Assembly (NCBI GenBank): GCA_012026655.1 | Contig: JAAILG010000029.1 | Span: 124,001 to 188,000, forward strand | Direction of reading: 5' to 3' | Length of the DNA: 64,000 nucleotides | Source of the DNA: Hydrolagus affinis | Lineage: Eukaryota | Shown here: positions 49,665 to 63,594 of the stretch, one piece after another | Position numbering within the stretch: the stretch's first letter is position 1 | How the letters are laid out: every line of letters begins with the position of its first letter | The notes under the pieces: generated by a model | What the model was told of the DNA's origin: nothing | The model's input: only the letters and a program-made list of their open reading frames with translations | The model's database searches: none | Translations under genes and position numbers: made by a program

Positions 49665-50048
49665 AATCAACAACAACTTGCATTCACATAGTGCCCTCTA
49701 TGCCAGGTACTGTCTCAGAGCACTTAACAGTGGCGGAGCCCGACTCTGGGCTGAGGGAGTTTTGGCCATAAGCACGGTGGAAGAGGAAGGTTTACAGGCG
49801 GGACTTCAAAAGGGGGAGAGAGGGAGTGAGGTAGAGGAATTGAGGGAGAGTGTTCCAGAGATTGGGGGCATAGTACCCGAAAGTGCAACCTTCGATGGTG
49901 GGGCAGAGGGTGCGAGGGACGAGCAGGAGGCCGGTGCCAATTAAGCAGAGGATCCGGATGGTGGTTTGGAGAGTGAGGAGGTCAGAAAGGTAGGGAGATG
50001 CCAGGATGTGAGTGGATTTAAACACAGGTGGGAGGATCTTGAAATCAA
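49665..50048 (-). mobile_element. L2 LINE 3' end
   Basis: ORF 49792-50025(-): LASPYLSDLL...APNLWNTLP...KSRL; (caa)n tail. Confidence 0.85.
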
Positions 50049-51146
50049 AATTAACAAACTACCTTTGGGAAGGAATACCACATGGGTGTACATTTTGCTC
50101 TTCAATTCATCCAAAATTTGCAAATTATTAAATATAGTCTTCATTTTTAAGCCTACTTTCTTCTTTGAAAGTTCTTTCAAGTAAATATAGACCCAGGTGG
50201 AATCTCTTTCCCCTATGGTGTTTAATTAAATTGAACTAACAAAGAACTTTGTTGAGTTAACTAAGAGATTTGGTTGATGTGGTTGAGTGAAGTAATTGAA
50301 CCTCAGAATAGGTGGCTAGTGCAGTACCTTTCAGTACCTGGAATCAACTAATGACCTCCAGTTTGGCAAAGGAGCATTTAAGTGCTGTATTTAAGGATAT
50401 TTTTAAATACTATATCTAAATTTGTGAATTAATGAGCTCCACGTGGCTATTTGTAGAATGTCGTATATTTTACTCTGAATGAAGGTGTTTCTGGATTAAT
50501 GGTTACCAGTAATTGTCTTGATCAAACAAGCATTTGTTTAAATACTTTAATTTTCTAGCTTTTTTTTGAAAGAACTGATTGAGGAAAGTTACTTGCAACT
50601 ACCAACAACTGCTGACAGTCATGGTATACACTTTCCGTAATCAACACAGCATCATTCAACCAGTTACTGTTTATTTGTACCCACCTTTGAAATTGTCACT
50701 TTAATGAGCTCTGATGAGAACTTTTAAGACTGACTTAGATATTTTCCCAAACAAAATACTTGCTTATCCCATTGTTGCAATATTTCCATCTCAGCTCGAA
50801 TATAGTTTCTTTTGCAGTAAATGTTTGAAACCCTTCATAACATTACAACGGAGCCTGTTAAATTTTAGCTTTAAAATCCAAACTGTGTTATAGTTTAAGA
50901 CTGAGGTGAATTTGGTTCTTAGGAAAAATGGAAGAAGGTGATTGTTTTTTGAGTCCACAGATTGTCCAGTTTATTTTGAACATATTCATCATTACAAGGG
51001 TATATGGAGAAATGATTGTGTTGATGTGAAATATATATTTGTTAACACTGACATTTTAGTTAATAATAAGAGGGTTAAACTGAGATGACAGATGGGAGTT
51101 GCTAATAAATCAGATTGGGAAAAATGAAGTATACCTGTGTAAAATA

Positions 51147-51540
51147 ATAATTACATTTGACATGGCACCTTATAGGTCAAGAGGGCGACTCATAGTACTT
51201 CACAAGGATAAGGTATACAGTGTATTTTGCAACGAAAGACAGCAGCCAATTTGAGCACAGCAATGTCCCACAAACAGCCTTTCTGTTAGAAAACTGACAA
51301 TTTCCAAAGGGTTGGAAAGGAGTCTTGTTCTTTAGATGTGCAGTTGTGAAGCGAAGTAAAGCCAGATGAAGGTAACGGTAATAACTTGGGATTTTTAACA
51401 TCCACCTGAACAGGCAGACACAGCCTTGGTTTGGAGTTGGGTGTCAGCTTGGAATATATGTCCAAGTCTTGACGTGGGGCTTGAACCCACAGGTTTCTGA
51501 CTTGGAGGTGAGAAAGCTACCAGCTGAGCTAGACTGCCAC
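51147..51540 (-). mobile_element. Deu-type SINE, decayed
   Basis: Reverse head (cttgaacccac...gctaccagctgagcta), gggatttttaacatccacctgaacaggcagac, and tail. Confidence 0.7.
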
Positions 51541-52498
51541 ACAAAATATGGGAACATCTTAGTTGTTTGCATCTGTGTTCCCCCTCAGAACAGCACAGAA
51601 TGGCAATAAAACTCAAATAGGTTCATTAAAAACAGCGCATGAACTAGCAGTATTCTTAAAAATAATATCGCTTCCTAACATGTCATCATTCATTTAGTTT
51701 GCGTGGTAAAATAATTCCAGGGTGCAAACGAAGTCATGGTAAACATATTACTGAAGCCTCCCAGGCTAGGTGTGACTTCAGCCAATCAGGTATACGCTCA
51801 GTGGGATACTGACAATCTTACTCCTAAGAACAGGTGAAAGCAATAGCTGAGGTCAATCAAATCAGCTCCTTCCCCAGACCCCACACACCCAATCCTCCTT
51901 TTGTCTTCTGCTCCCCCGCATCCTTTACATAGATGAGCCACGATTCGCAAAGGTAAGTGAAGAAAATGTTTAGCTCTCGTCCTCATCTCGCCACAAAACT
52001 CCACAAAATTCAACTCAAATTTCTTAGTCTCTCGATGCCAGCAACATTATAAACCAAATAATGAAAAGGTGGCTATTTTAGGCCCCCATACATACACCCC
52101 TATAGAGCAAACTGAACACCCTTGTTCAGTTTTTGTTGCTTACTACACATCTTTTGTTTTCTTTTGGTTTGTTGCTCTCCAACCAACCTTTTCCTTTAGG
52201 CGCAAATAAAGAATGATGTATTGCAAGATAGTTTTTTGCGAGGAGAAACAATTTTGCTGAGGTGTGCAACTCCTCCATGCCATATGTACGTTTGTGTATG
52301 TACTGCAAACTTGCTTGGGTGTGCGTTTAGTTTTGGGGGTGGGGTGTGTGCTGTACATCATTAATTGTTGGAGGGCCTGTTCTTTGAATCAACCGCCTTC
52401 CGAAACAGATGGAAAGTTTCTCCCACTTTCCTGGCCAGCACTTCTCCGAGTGAATTGATCATCCATCTCATGGCTGATCGTGTGATCTTGCTGAGGTG

Positions 52499-52522
52499 TT
52501 TGTGTGTGTGTGTGTGTGTGTG
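52499..52522. repeat. (TG)n microsatellite
   Basis: Direct read. Confidence 0.9.
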
Positions 52523-55500
52523 CGCTTGTGAGTTTGTGTGTGTCTCTCTCTGTCACATATATAAAAGATTGTCAGGTCAATGCTTGAATGGCCTATTTTT
52601 CAGTCAATTAATTTTTTAAATGGAAAAATTGCCCAGTTTGCTATTGTCACCCATTATTGCACCAGTTGTGCTACACACCAATAGAGGTGTATGATCAGAA
52701 GATCTAGTTTGCTTGCACCCTGCTATTTCACCCCAGCAAAACAAGAGTTAAGAAGCGATCTAAGTATTTTTAGATGTCCTCTTGAAGTGAAAGATATTTA
52801 TATCAATATAAATTTGCTTTCCCATTCACTCTATCTAATTTTGTTAAATTGTTCCCTTATGTTTAGCCTGTTAATTTGTAGCAAACCTCAAATATTGTTC
52901 TGGTCCTTTTTCACAAGGTACATCTAAGCAGCACATTTTATATCGGATTTTCCTGCAATACTGGGCTAACTATTTTAATGTACCAGATTTACCCTATGGA
53001 TAAGGCAACCCCTCAACTTTCCCTGATCCCTCCATTGTTCCTGAATGTCCCATACACTTCTCTCATCCTTGCTTTGCCGAGCCTCTATGTTCTATAAAAT
53101 AATAATAATTACTGGTTCCCACTGGTGCTTCTAGTTCTGTCTTTTTTCTTTCAAGTGCTCCTGGCATTTATATATATACATCTAATTATATGGTCTTTGT
53201 CCCCTTCACCTTCCTATCTCTTGCAAGTTGCTTGGAGCATTCTGCTACAAGTCAAGGCACCTTTGGTGTAAGGTCCCCCCCCACGTTACACCACAAAAAC
53301 AATCTCAGTCGAATCATCGCAATCAGGAGGGTTGCAGTCTACCTAGTGCCATCTTGCTGTTAATAAGGCCCAAGCACAGCAAGCCATCAATAACAATCAT
53401 TGCTTAAGGAGCTGTAACTTTTACAAATGTTGGTTCCATCGCAAAACACATTCTTCGAGACCTCTGAAGGCCTCTTTCTGATGAATTTTTAATTTTCTTA
53501 ACAAAGAAATGTCTCTTCTTGGATTCAAAGAAATAGCTGTAAGTAATGTGATGAAATGGGAGCAGCTCTATACAGCTCTCCACCGCTCTTCTTTTAATGT
53601 TGAGGCAGCAAATTGTCAGGCGCATTTGATTAGACAGGCTCTTTTTGTTCCTGTCCTGCAAATCATGAAAAACATGCTCTTTGCATTTGAATATGATATG
53701 AGAAAAAGGCTGTAATGTGATGGTTATAAAGCAATAGCAGCACTGCCCAAGGCAGCACCTGTATCAGGGGGTCATTGGCACTGCTCGTCAGATCAGTGCT
53801 CTGCCACTCACTCTGTAGATGGTTTATTATGCCTAATTAGGAGGCCTGTCACTTTCCTAGTGATTGAAAAGAAAGATGAACAGAGCACTTGTGTTTCCGT
53901 CCCTATTGGCCACATGACTTTAAAAGTCTAAAGTGAATGCTTGAGACTAGAGGTGTTGGAAGAAAACAGTGCAATCCCTGACGCGCACACAGATGCACAC
54001 ACAGTTACACACACACGCATAGAAACAACTTATTTTTGCCAAAGTTACACACAATTGCATTTATAGACGCTGGGGTCCATTTTCTGATCTCCTTTTATTG
54101 ATTGGCACAAAGTGAATGATTTAATATGCGATTCATATTTCAGAACTTCTAACTCAAATCAGGAGCTCACTTTCACTGTTTGGAATTGTGCTGCACCCAA
54201 ACTCTCTGTGTAATAACGCTGGAAACCGAATATTGCCCCATGTACAATGTAAACACTGTCATTTTCGGGATAGTCAAATAGTTAAGGACTCATGTGTCTT
54301 AAAACAATAGGATTTTATTGTGTGTGACATTTAAATGCATATTTTACAATGATAGCCTGAATTGCAGAATTTAAAAATGGTTTTGAATCTGTGCAAGTAG
54401 TACAAAATGATGCGATTCAGCATGAAATCTTTCCCGAGTTTTATGACCAGTGGGATTTTTTAATCATTTTCTTGACAATGGGGGCCTTTTAAACAATGCT
54501 TTATTTGTATTTTGGTAGCAGTTTGTTTCCAACAGGCTGACACAATTGGAATTCTTATGGACTTGAATAAAGACAGTCTTGTGTAAATTACCACAAAACC
54601 TGTTGAAATATTTAGTTTTGAGAGAGGCCAACAGAAAGTGGGGAATGTAAGATTTAGGCTCAGATTATTTCTTGTTTGGACACTGTCCAATCTATTTCTT
54701 GTGACGCTTTTCAATTTTCAGTGTGCATTTCGAATGCCTTTGTTACGCCGAAAATCTAATGTTCAAAAATCGTTTGACACACCTGAAAAAATACAGCTTT
54801 TCTTTCTTCAGTTTTCAGCTCAGTTCAAAATATAAAGTTGATTGAGAGGAAGTAAATGCGTTAAACATGCACAATGAGACGTTCGGCTTGTGAAATGTGT
54901 TGTGGTGAAACGTGACAAACAGTTCCCGGTGTGACAGGGTGTATACTAAAATTAAAAATAATATAAATAATAATTTGAAAACTTAATTTTTTTTGTTTAT
55001 ACTACAGAGAAACCTTTTTTTTGAAGAATAACCTGCCCAAAACAAACTCCTGTCCACAGTGACCTTCCCAATGATAATCCCAGCAATACAGAGACAGTTC
55101 CGACTCAAACCTGCATTAAGAGCTTAGCTGTCTGTAAAGACCATCTGAACCGTCAGTCTCGAGGGTGGTCATTATAAAACCGCTTCACTGTATTGTTTAA
55201 AACCTGCTAATATTCTACAGCAATATGCAAAGTATCAAGAGTTCCCAGAGCAGGATTGTCCACTGGCTACTTTGGTGTTAACCTTGCATGTTTAACAGCA
55301 GCAGCTAACTCCGCATGTCTGGAAATGAGATGAGAAGTGAATGTATTTCTGTAGAATGTGGGTGAAGGCTATTCTGTCATCCTGAGAAAAGGAATCCCAT
55401 CTTCAGAACTATACAAACACGGCAATCAAGCAGACTAGGATCAATTTAACTCCCCCCTGTCTTCCATTTGCCTTTGTACGTGTTTTTAAAAAAAACATAT

Positions 55501-55627
55501 ACGTATATATTTGTCTTTAAACAATGAATTTTGGTGACGTCAGCAAAGAACTTGGAGGAGTTCCTGAACCAAACATAGGGGAGCTGAATTAACACACCAC
55601 TAAAGTGAAACCCTTGTATCAATGATG

Positions 55628-55915
55628 ACAACAACAATTTGCACTTATATAGTGCCCTCCACCCGGGATAGCTTCTCAGAGCACTTAATTACACAGCAAC
55701 AAAACATCAAAATTACATTTATAGAGCGCCTTTCACATTGGGAGGACGGCCCAAGGTGTTAACTGTGGCGGAGCCTGACTCCAAACTGGCGACCTGCTGG
55801 GAGGTGGCTGAAGGCACGGATGAAGAGGAAGGTTTTCAGGCGGGACTTGTAAAGTGGGAGAGAGGGGGCAGGGCGGAGGGATTGAGGGAGAGTGTTTTGG
55901 GGCATAGTGACTGAT
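55628..55915 (-). mobile_element. L2 3' ends (nested)
   Basis: NTLPQSLRPAPSLPLYKSRLKTFLF on the minus strand; two L2-type tails. Confidence 0.8.
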
Positions 55916-57654
55916 AACGCTATCTCCGACAGTGACTGCTGATGGACACTGATAGGCTCAGGAACATTTTTGACATTAATTTTCTTTTGTAAAATATCAT
56001 TTTTGAAGCACAAACTAATGTTAAAGCGATCAGAAGGCTTTGTTGCTGATGTTTAAGTTATTTTAACGAGAAGAGCACCCTTTAAACAATCAATATGTCA
56101 TCTCTGAGTTATCCCTGTCCAAAAATGCCTTCCAAAACTGGACTGAGACTCATTTCTAGGGATCCACTCAATGACAGGCAGCTGATAAATGTTACAGTAA
56201 TTTAAGTATGGGTTAATGAAAGTGTTACATATGTGTGCTGAATGACATATTTTGGTGTGAGGTAAATTACACTGTGAGTATGCACTTTAATCAGGGACTG
56301 CAGGGTGTTGTGTGTTTGCTTGTACTATGTTAATTGGCATCATGCTGGCTCTTAGCCCGAGTATTTGGCTTAATGGTACAAGATGTAATGTTTTACATAT
56401 TTCAACCCGAGCCAGACGCTGACATTTTACTAATTCTATACTGGTTTATCACCAAAAGAAACAAGCCAGTATGAGGACTAACAACAGGGAACAGCATTGC
56501 GCTTGTCTTTAAACCATTTCATAGATTTATATAGTTCCTTTGTTCATTACGGATAGGAATTAGGAGTGTCACAGACATGATTGGAGCCGTTTCCACACAA
56601 CGTTTGGTGAAGATCTCATTAAATATTGACACAATCTCATCTTGTTCATTTATCTCTCCACAATTTATTAAAATGGTATTAATTTAGATGTTATTTCAAT
56701 TGCACAAGCCAGCAATAATTCAGAAGCATATAATTGTGATTTATTATTATGAATCGAGTGAGTGTGCGCACATGCCAGTCACCGTGTGTACAATGTACAA
56801 TGCTAGACCTTAACTACCATTAAATATAGCTGCTTGAAGATCACATTATAGCAATGTGTTGTTACATTCTTTAAAGATTCATTTTAATTGCTTTTGAGAC
56901 CTGACCAAGTATATGAACGATTTTAAGGATTACTATTCTTAAATAGGCATATTAAGCTTGGTTAAAGTGCTATTTCCCTGAGTTGTAAACAGTTTGTTTT
57001 ATGTTTGTGCAGTGGCTTTTATTGATGTGGATTGTACTGCTGTTTACTGTGATGAATAGGAAGCTTTTAATTACTGTGGATTTTAACACTTCAGGAACCT
57101 TTTTAACATGTAATTTATCTTGTGCCAAATCAGATCCTGTTGTGATAAACTTCCCAATTCTGTGCAGCTGTTGGTTTGCGTTTTTCTTTGCTTGTTTAAC
57201 CTTATAAGATTTGCTGTGAATACTGAACATCTCTGAAAGTATGGTGAAGATGATAAAATATTCTGAAGTATGTTCAAGTGCTGTCATGTTGAATTCAACT
57301 GCAATTAATCCTGACCAAGTTGTCTGGCTGTGCTTAGTGTGTTCACAAAAGGGAAAACCAGGTTAGCAAGAGGGGCTGTAACAATATCAGAAAATCAAGA
57401 ACATACTCAGCTGCTCACTAAGACATTATCACATTTTTCTATTTTGTAAAGAGAAAATGAAAGCACTGAAGGAAAGGGTTAACAGCAAAATGTTGTCCTT
57501 ATTTGGGATTGGACAAGCAGTAGATAAAACTAATTCCTTCTCATGGGTCTGACCTTCTGCCATCACGTAACTCGCTGCTGCGAAGGTTTGAATAATATGG
57601 ATTTCACTGCAAGTAGTGCCAGAAACAGACCACGATTAGGCAGAAGCATAATAG

Positions 57655-57852
57655 ATTTGCAACAGCAACTTGCATTTGTATAACTCACTTCACATGTCTC
57701 GGAGTACTTTACAAAGATGGGTTGGACACCAAGGAAGGGAGAGAGGAAAGGGATCGTAGGCATGGTCGAACCGGTAGGTTTTTAAAGTGGGGCTTAGCGA
57801 CAGAGAGGAGGTGAGATAGAGAGGTAGAAGGAAGGAGGGCCAGAGTTTGGGC
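57655..57852 (-). mobile_element. Decayed L2 3' end
   Basis: caacagcaacttgcatttgtata tail and a purine-rich body. Confidence 0.5.
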
Positions 57853-57879
57853 CTCACAGTATAATTAAGCCATTTAAAT

Positions 57880-58186
57880 ATAATAATAATCCTTGCATTT
57901 GATATAGTGCCTTATCACGTCTTTGAGACGTCTCAAAGCACTTCACAGAATATACTGTAAAGTGAATTGACTGTATATTTGTGGGCGAAATGTGGCAGCC
58001 AATTGTGCACAGCAGTGTCCCACAAACAGTCGTGGATTCAAATGAGCAATTAATCATTGATTTTTTGAAGGATTATTATCAGGCGTGTGAAGTAAGGAAA
58101 CTTGCCCAAGGTTTTGTCCTGCTTGAAATCAAACCCAGGTCTCTCGCTTGCAAGCCGAGTGCTCTAACCACTGAGCTACAGGACCC
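57880..58186 (-). mobile_element. Full-length tRNA-SINE
   Basis: One of the best-preserved copies, with intact A/B boxes and tail. Confidence 0.92.
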
Positions 58187-59900
58187 AATATTATTGTGAC
58201 ATGTTGCTAAAAACATACTGAGTATTGACGTTGCTGAGTGTTTGAGGCCTTTTATATACACACGGCCTTGTGCTTTTACACAAGTGTTGGTAGATTGCAA
58301 TTAGAGTATGTTATACTTCCCAAATCATTGTTCATTTGACAAATGAGGTAAGGCTCAGAGATTGAAACCAAGTTTTGTGATATTTGCCCAAATAAAAGAA
58401 TGATATCCTTACATTTCAATGACAAGTTAATAAACATAAACATTCACTCTGCAAGCTCAAACCTGCATGGCGGCACAAAATTGATGGACTAAATGACCTG
58501 TTTTAACAATTTCTATTTCTAAGCACACGTAGCAGAATAAGCACACGTAGCAGAATAATTTTTTTCATGAAAAAAGGCTGTTTGACCAAGTTCCTTTGGC
58601 TCATTCACAAACATGAGTGGTAATGATATAAATCTCCAAAACTGTCTTTGCGAGTGAGCTCACGGACTCGATGATGAATGCTGTGTCTGACTCCTCTATT
58701 ATAAGTGCCCTTAAAGATGTTAATGACATGTCCTACTGATGTGAAAGACATATAACTTTATATTGTATTGTAATCCTTCATTCTCTTCAGAAGTGACAAG
58801 AAATTCAGTTCATATTTGCAGAAGATTGTTGATTAAGAAGAATTGGTTGGAGTTAAAGCTTTGGGTGGGGGGTTGTGGGGGAGGTGTGTTTAGTGAAATA
58901 ATTTGTAAATTAAGTAAGAGTTGTGGGATGCCATTTTAGTTTAGGAACCTATTGACGGCAGAAGAACAGAAATAACTAACCTTTATTAATAATATTAAGG
59001 TAGAGTTGTAGTGTAACTGTGGGCAACATAACAGGGTAACACAGAGCTTCTGCCATCATCCTTTTTGTCCCCACACCCAATATTGTAGGCCCAAATAGGT
59101 AAATGAACTACTCTGAAGCACAGTCAACATGCTACATCTTGAATGTTTGTTACACACCATCAGCTGCGAGTAGCAATGTGTGTGTGCGTGTGTATGTTTT
59201 TGTGTGTGTGTATGGTGGGGGGAGTTATAATTTTTTGTATCCATTCCAATAATAATCAGCAGTTATTACATCAAAATCAGTTGAAGAGCAACCTTACGCT
59301 GACCATGTACAGTGCCAACATGACCGTATATAGTTGGAGAAATCGAATTGCACGACAAAATAATTAGCACAGATTTATTTATTCCAAAATCTTGCTGTTG
59401 CCCTGGAAACGCACCTTGCAATGTGCTGAAATTGTACATGTTGACATATTTTGTACCAACGAACAAACGTAGCACTTGAGAGAACAACACATTGCAGTGA
59501 CGGTGGAGGTGTGTGCATTACAGAACTCAAACAGTGAAAGAGCATTGATTTATAATGTAAACGTTAAAGACTTTGAAGGAAAATTCTACCTGGGTCTAGA
59601 TTCACTCTCTTTTGTTTGTGGTTCAGACCCATGCAGAATTTGATCAATTGTTGAATTCAGTCTTAGCTTCAAAGCCTGTTTTCTGTGGATCTTAAAATAA
59701 AGTTACTCAAAATCACTGCGGTATTTAAAATTTTGTGCAAATTCTGCATTCTCTGAGAGGCTAAGAATAAACAGAGTAAATCTAGGCCAGGGTGGAATTG
59801 TGCCCCCTTAGTTTTGCAGTACAATTGAGTTTCAACTTAGACTGTGAGTTCAAAGTACTATATTGGGGCTTCAGCCTGGCCATCTTCTGATTTAGGAAAA

Positions 59901-60218
59901 ATAGCTCAGTGGTTAGAGCATTCGCCTTACAAGCTTGAGACCTGTGTTCGCATCCAGTCAGGTCTGGGTGAAACCTTGGGCAAGTTTGCTTACTCCATAT
60001 GCCTAATGATAATCCCTAAAACAAAAACAAACAACAAAAAAAAAGTAATTGGTCATTTCAATCCATGACTGTTTGTGGGACACTGCTGTGTGCAATTGGC
60101 TGCTGTGTTTCACCCACAAAATATACAGTTAATTCACTTTACAGTATATTATGTGAAGTGCTTTGAAATGCCTAGAAGATGTGAAAAGCGCTATATCAAA
60201 TGCAAGGATTATTATTAT
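59901..60218 (+). mobile_element. Full-length tRNA-SINE
   Basis: tagctcagtggttagagcattcgccttacaag...gcgctatatcaaatgcaaggattattatt. Confidence 0.92.
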
Positions 60219-61867
60219 TTTTATTAAAAGTGCTCCCAACTGTACCTGGCTGACACATGAACTTGGAAATACATCAAGGTGACCATAATAAGGAGGCTAG
60301 TCACAATCTTTTTTTAAATAAAGAAATTAGAAATATTTGTTTTTAACAATTAGATAGAATAAAAGGAAGCTATTCCTCTATTGAATACTCAAGGGTAGGG
60401 CTATTGTGAACATGTCCTGGAGTATTCCTTCAATGTGACCTAAGTACGGGAATCATTTGAAATGTTTTGAAGTAAAATGTTGTCTCCTCTAAAAAGGCTT
60501 GTTGGATCTTCTCATTGCCGAGCTCCCATTGTTAATGAGAAATGTTTGGGAAGCGGGGAGAATAGAATAAAGCTGTGTGTACTGATGATGCCATTCACAA
60601 GTTGCCGTGGCGATGTCTTTCGATGCCATTGTGCCATATATGGGTAAAACTGTCAAAAACAAAAGTTTGTCAATTAGCTTTCAGTGTCATGATGGCTCTC
60701 CTTGAAAGTTGAGCAACTGTCTGAAAATGTTCAATTCTTTTTTTTAAAAAAGCATACTACATTATTGTCTCAAATGTGAGTGGATAAAGTCTTTTCCTGG
60801 CTAGTGTGGGTCTACAGTATTGGACAAAGCAAAAGGCAAATCTTCACAGTAAATATGGTACAATCCTGACCACATGGGTCAACGAAAGTAACAATTAACA
60901 TGTCTCAGAGAAAGATTTCATGTCTGCTTTGTACCTTTTTGACCATTTGTGTTTATCTTAAAGAATCTACTCGGGTTTCATATATCGCGCTGAACATTTT
61001 CTGCTTATCATCATTTTCGAGGCGTCATTGCGGAAACTGTTTATGTTGAGTCTAACCTGTGGTATTTCCTTAATAAGGAATTCAAGTCACATGAATGGGG
61101 AAGCTTGGTAACCAGGAGTACAGCACGCTTAGAAATCCCTTTAAAACCTGCAGCAAATTGGACTCCACGAATCACAAAAGTAAAGTGCTAAATGTTAAAA
61201 TTTCAAATGCTGAGTGGCAGTGTCCTGTTCTGTGTTTTACTGTAAATATGCTGATGGGAGTCATTTAACAAGCCAGGCACCTCCTTTGAAGTTTCCCAAA
61301 GTGATACATTCAGCTACTGATTGAAGCTTTGGGACCAAATTGCTGAGATAAGTACAGTAGCTCGTCTTGTTTCCATGTCCTGCAGCCAGCAGCTTCGAAT
61401 GGCCAGAGCTGAGCTGACCTGACTGTCCATCCATCAATCCATCCATCATCTGCTATCAATCTTGTTCCATAAATGACCAGCAGGAGGTATGGTTCATGCT
61501 GGTTGAGCCAGACATTGTACGAAAGGTGTTTCATAAATGAAAGTTATTCTTTATTATCATTGTTAATATTATTCATCTCCTAAAAGAATTACACAATTCA
61601 TTCCTTTCTACATATATCGCCTTCTGGGGGCAGTGTATTCCACATTCTCACAGAAATATTCACTTGACAGACACAGAAGCTGCAATGTAATAATAATAAT
61701 GATAATCCTTACATTTGATATAGCGCTTTTCACATCTTCTAGATGTCTCAAAGCACTAGATGTAAATAAATGTAAAGTGGACATTCAGTTGGTCACACCC
61801 ATAACAAAGCACAATTTAGAAAGTGCAAATTGCCCTTAATTATACTTTCATCATCAAAAAATCTGTT

Positions 61868-62035
61868 GGCTCAGCTTTGCTCAGTTAGTAATACTGTGAC
61901 CTCTGAGCCAGAAGGTTGTGGTGCAAACCCATGTCTCAATCTTGAGCTCACAGTCTGGGTGTGAAACCAGTGCAGTAATGGAGAATACTGGATTGTTCAA
62001 GGTGGGACTCATTCAGTTTAAGACTCACGCAGGCC
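61868..62035 (+). mobile_element. Deu-type SINE 5' fragment
   Basis: gctcagttagtaatactgtgacctctgagccagaaggttgtgg...ccagtgcagtaatggagaatactg. Confidence 0.6.
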
Positions 62036-62073
62036 ATTCAGTGGTGCAGCTCCGTTGCACTGTAGAGTGGTTA

Positions 62074-62446
62074 GTGCAGCTCAGTGGTTAGAACAGTTGT
62101 CTCGCCAGCGAGATGACTTGGGTTCGATTCTCAGCAAAGCAAAACGTTGGGCAAGTTTCTTCACTCCGCATGCCTCTGTTTACCTAGCAGTAAGTAGGAA
62201 CCCGGTTGTTAGTCGATTGGCGGATCACTTTTCCGGGAATAATAATTCCTTCTAAAAAAAAACTCCACAGTCAATCCACGACTGTTTGTGGGACAATGAT
62301 GTGCACAATTCGCTGCCACCTTCCGCCCACAAAATACACAGGGAATACACTATAATCTGTGAAGCGCTTTGAGATGTCTCGAAGACGTGATAAGGCGCTG
62401 TATCAAATGCAAGGATTATTATCATATGAAATGCAAGAATTATTAT
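62074..62446 (+). mobile_element. Full-length tRNA-SINE (long variant with CORE-like segment)
   Basis: A/B boxes, ttgggcaagtttcttcactccgcatgcctctgtttacctagcagtaagtagg, Deu-like 3' body and a duplicated tail. Confidence 0.9.
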
Positions 62447-63594
62447 TTATGGTTGTCCTGCAGTTTGGCAAACACCGGGGTCTTGTCAGAAGTTAGTGGC
62501 CAAGTGGAGGTGGGCAGTATCCCGGCAGTCAGCACAAGCGGGCGAAGACTAGGGTCACTTGAACGCACTTGGTATCAGCTAGACAACTGCACAGACACTT
62601 CGGCAAAGTAATCAGAGCAGGTTGACTGTCTGTCCCTTTCAACCTAGATACAAAGACCTAAAAATGTAAACCAATTTTTTTTAAAACAAAACCTCTACCA
62701 GTGCCATCAAATTCTTGATGGAATGCTAAAGCATGCAATTAGTGTAACAGCAGCACCGTTAGACCAACCACCATTCCTCCCGTTTGTAGCTGACATTCTT
62801 TCAGGTTCATTGAGCAATCAGTTAAAAAAAATTAAACCACTGTGTAGATTTAATTTTTAATTTGCTGTGGATTATAATCTGGATAAATAGGGCTGTGGGG
62901 GGGATGGGGGTTGATACTTCAAATTGTTTAATTTTGCTCTTTGTTTAATTTGTAATTTTTGCATCAGTTTGTATCAATGAGATAATGCGAGTCTGTGTTC
63001 AGAATGCAGTTTGCCTCATAATGTTATCACGTTGCTTAGCTAATGAAAAATCAGCATGGCCCTTTAGGATTAGAAGACTGCATCGTCGAAACCGAGAGGG
63101 AGAGGGAGAAAAACAATCAAATCGGTAATAATTATTTATGGTATTATTCACTCATTTAGGGATTTGCAGTGATTAATTAATCATGAAATGCTGTAAACAG
63201 TGTATTTCTGAGATCTATATCTGTACTGCAAACAACAAATGTCTCTCTCAAGTCCCGGCAGCACCTCGGGCTGCAGAAATGTGCAATAACACAAAAGCGT
63301 TATTCTGGAATTTTGATATAATCGGATGGAGGGAATGTAGCAACAACTTTTTTGAGATGTGCACCAGGTCATCAGCTGAAGATCTATTACTGCTAGCAGA
63401 AAACTCGTCTCCTCAGATCTGAGGTACAGTTTGACAGTTTACCAGTCAGAGTGATCAATTCTTCATATGAGAATTCTTTGAAGAATGTGTCAACTATTCC
63501 AGTGTATCCTCGTCTCTCAGAACCACAAACACACACCATATGGATTAGCTCCTGAGGTACCCAAAATGACAGGATAAAATAACTCTCTATATCT

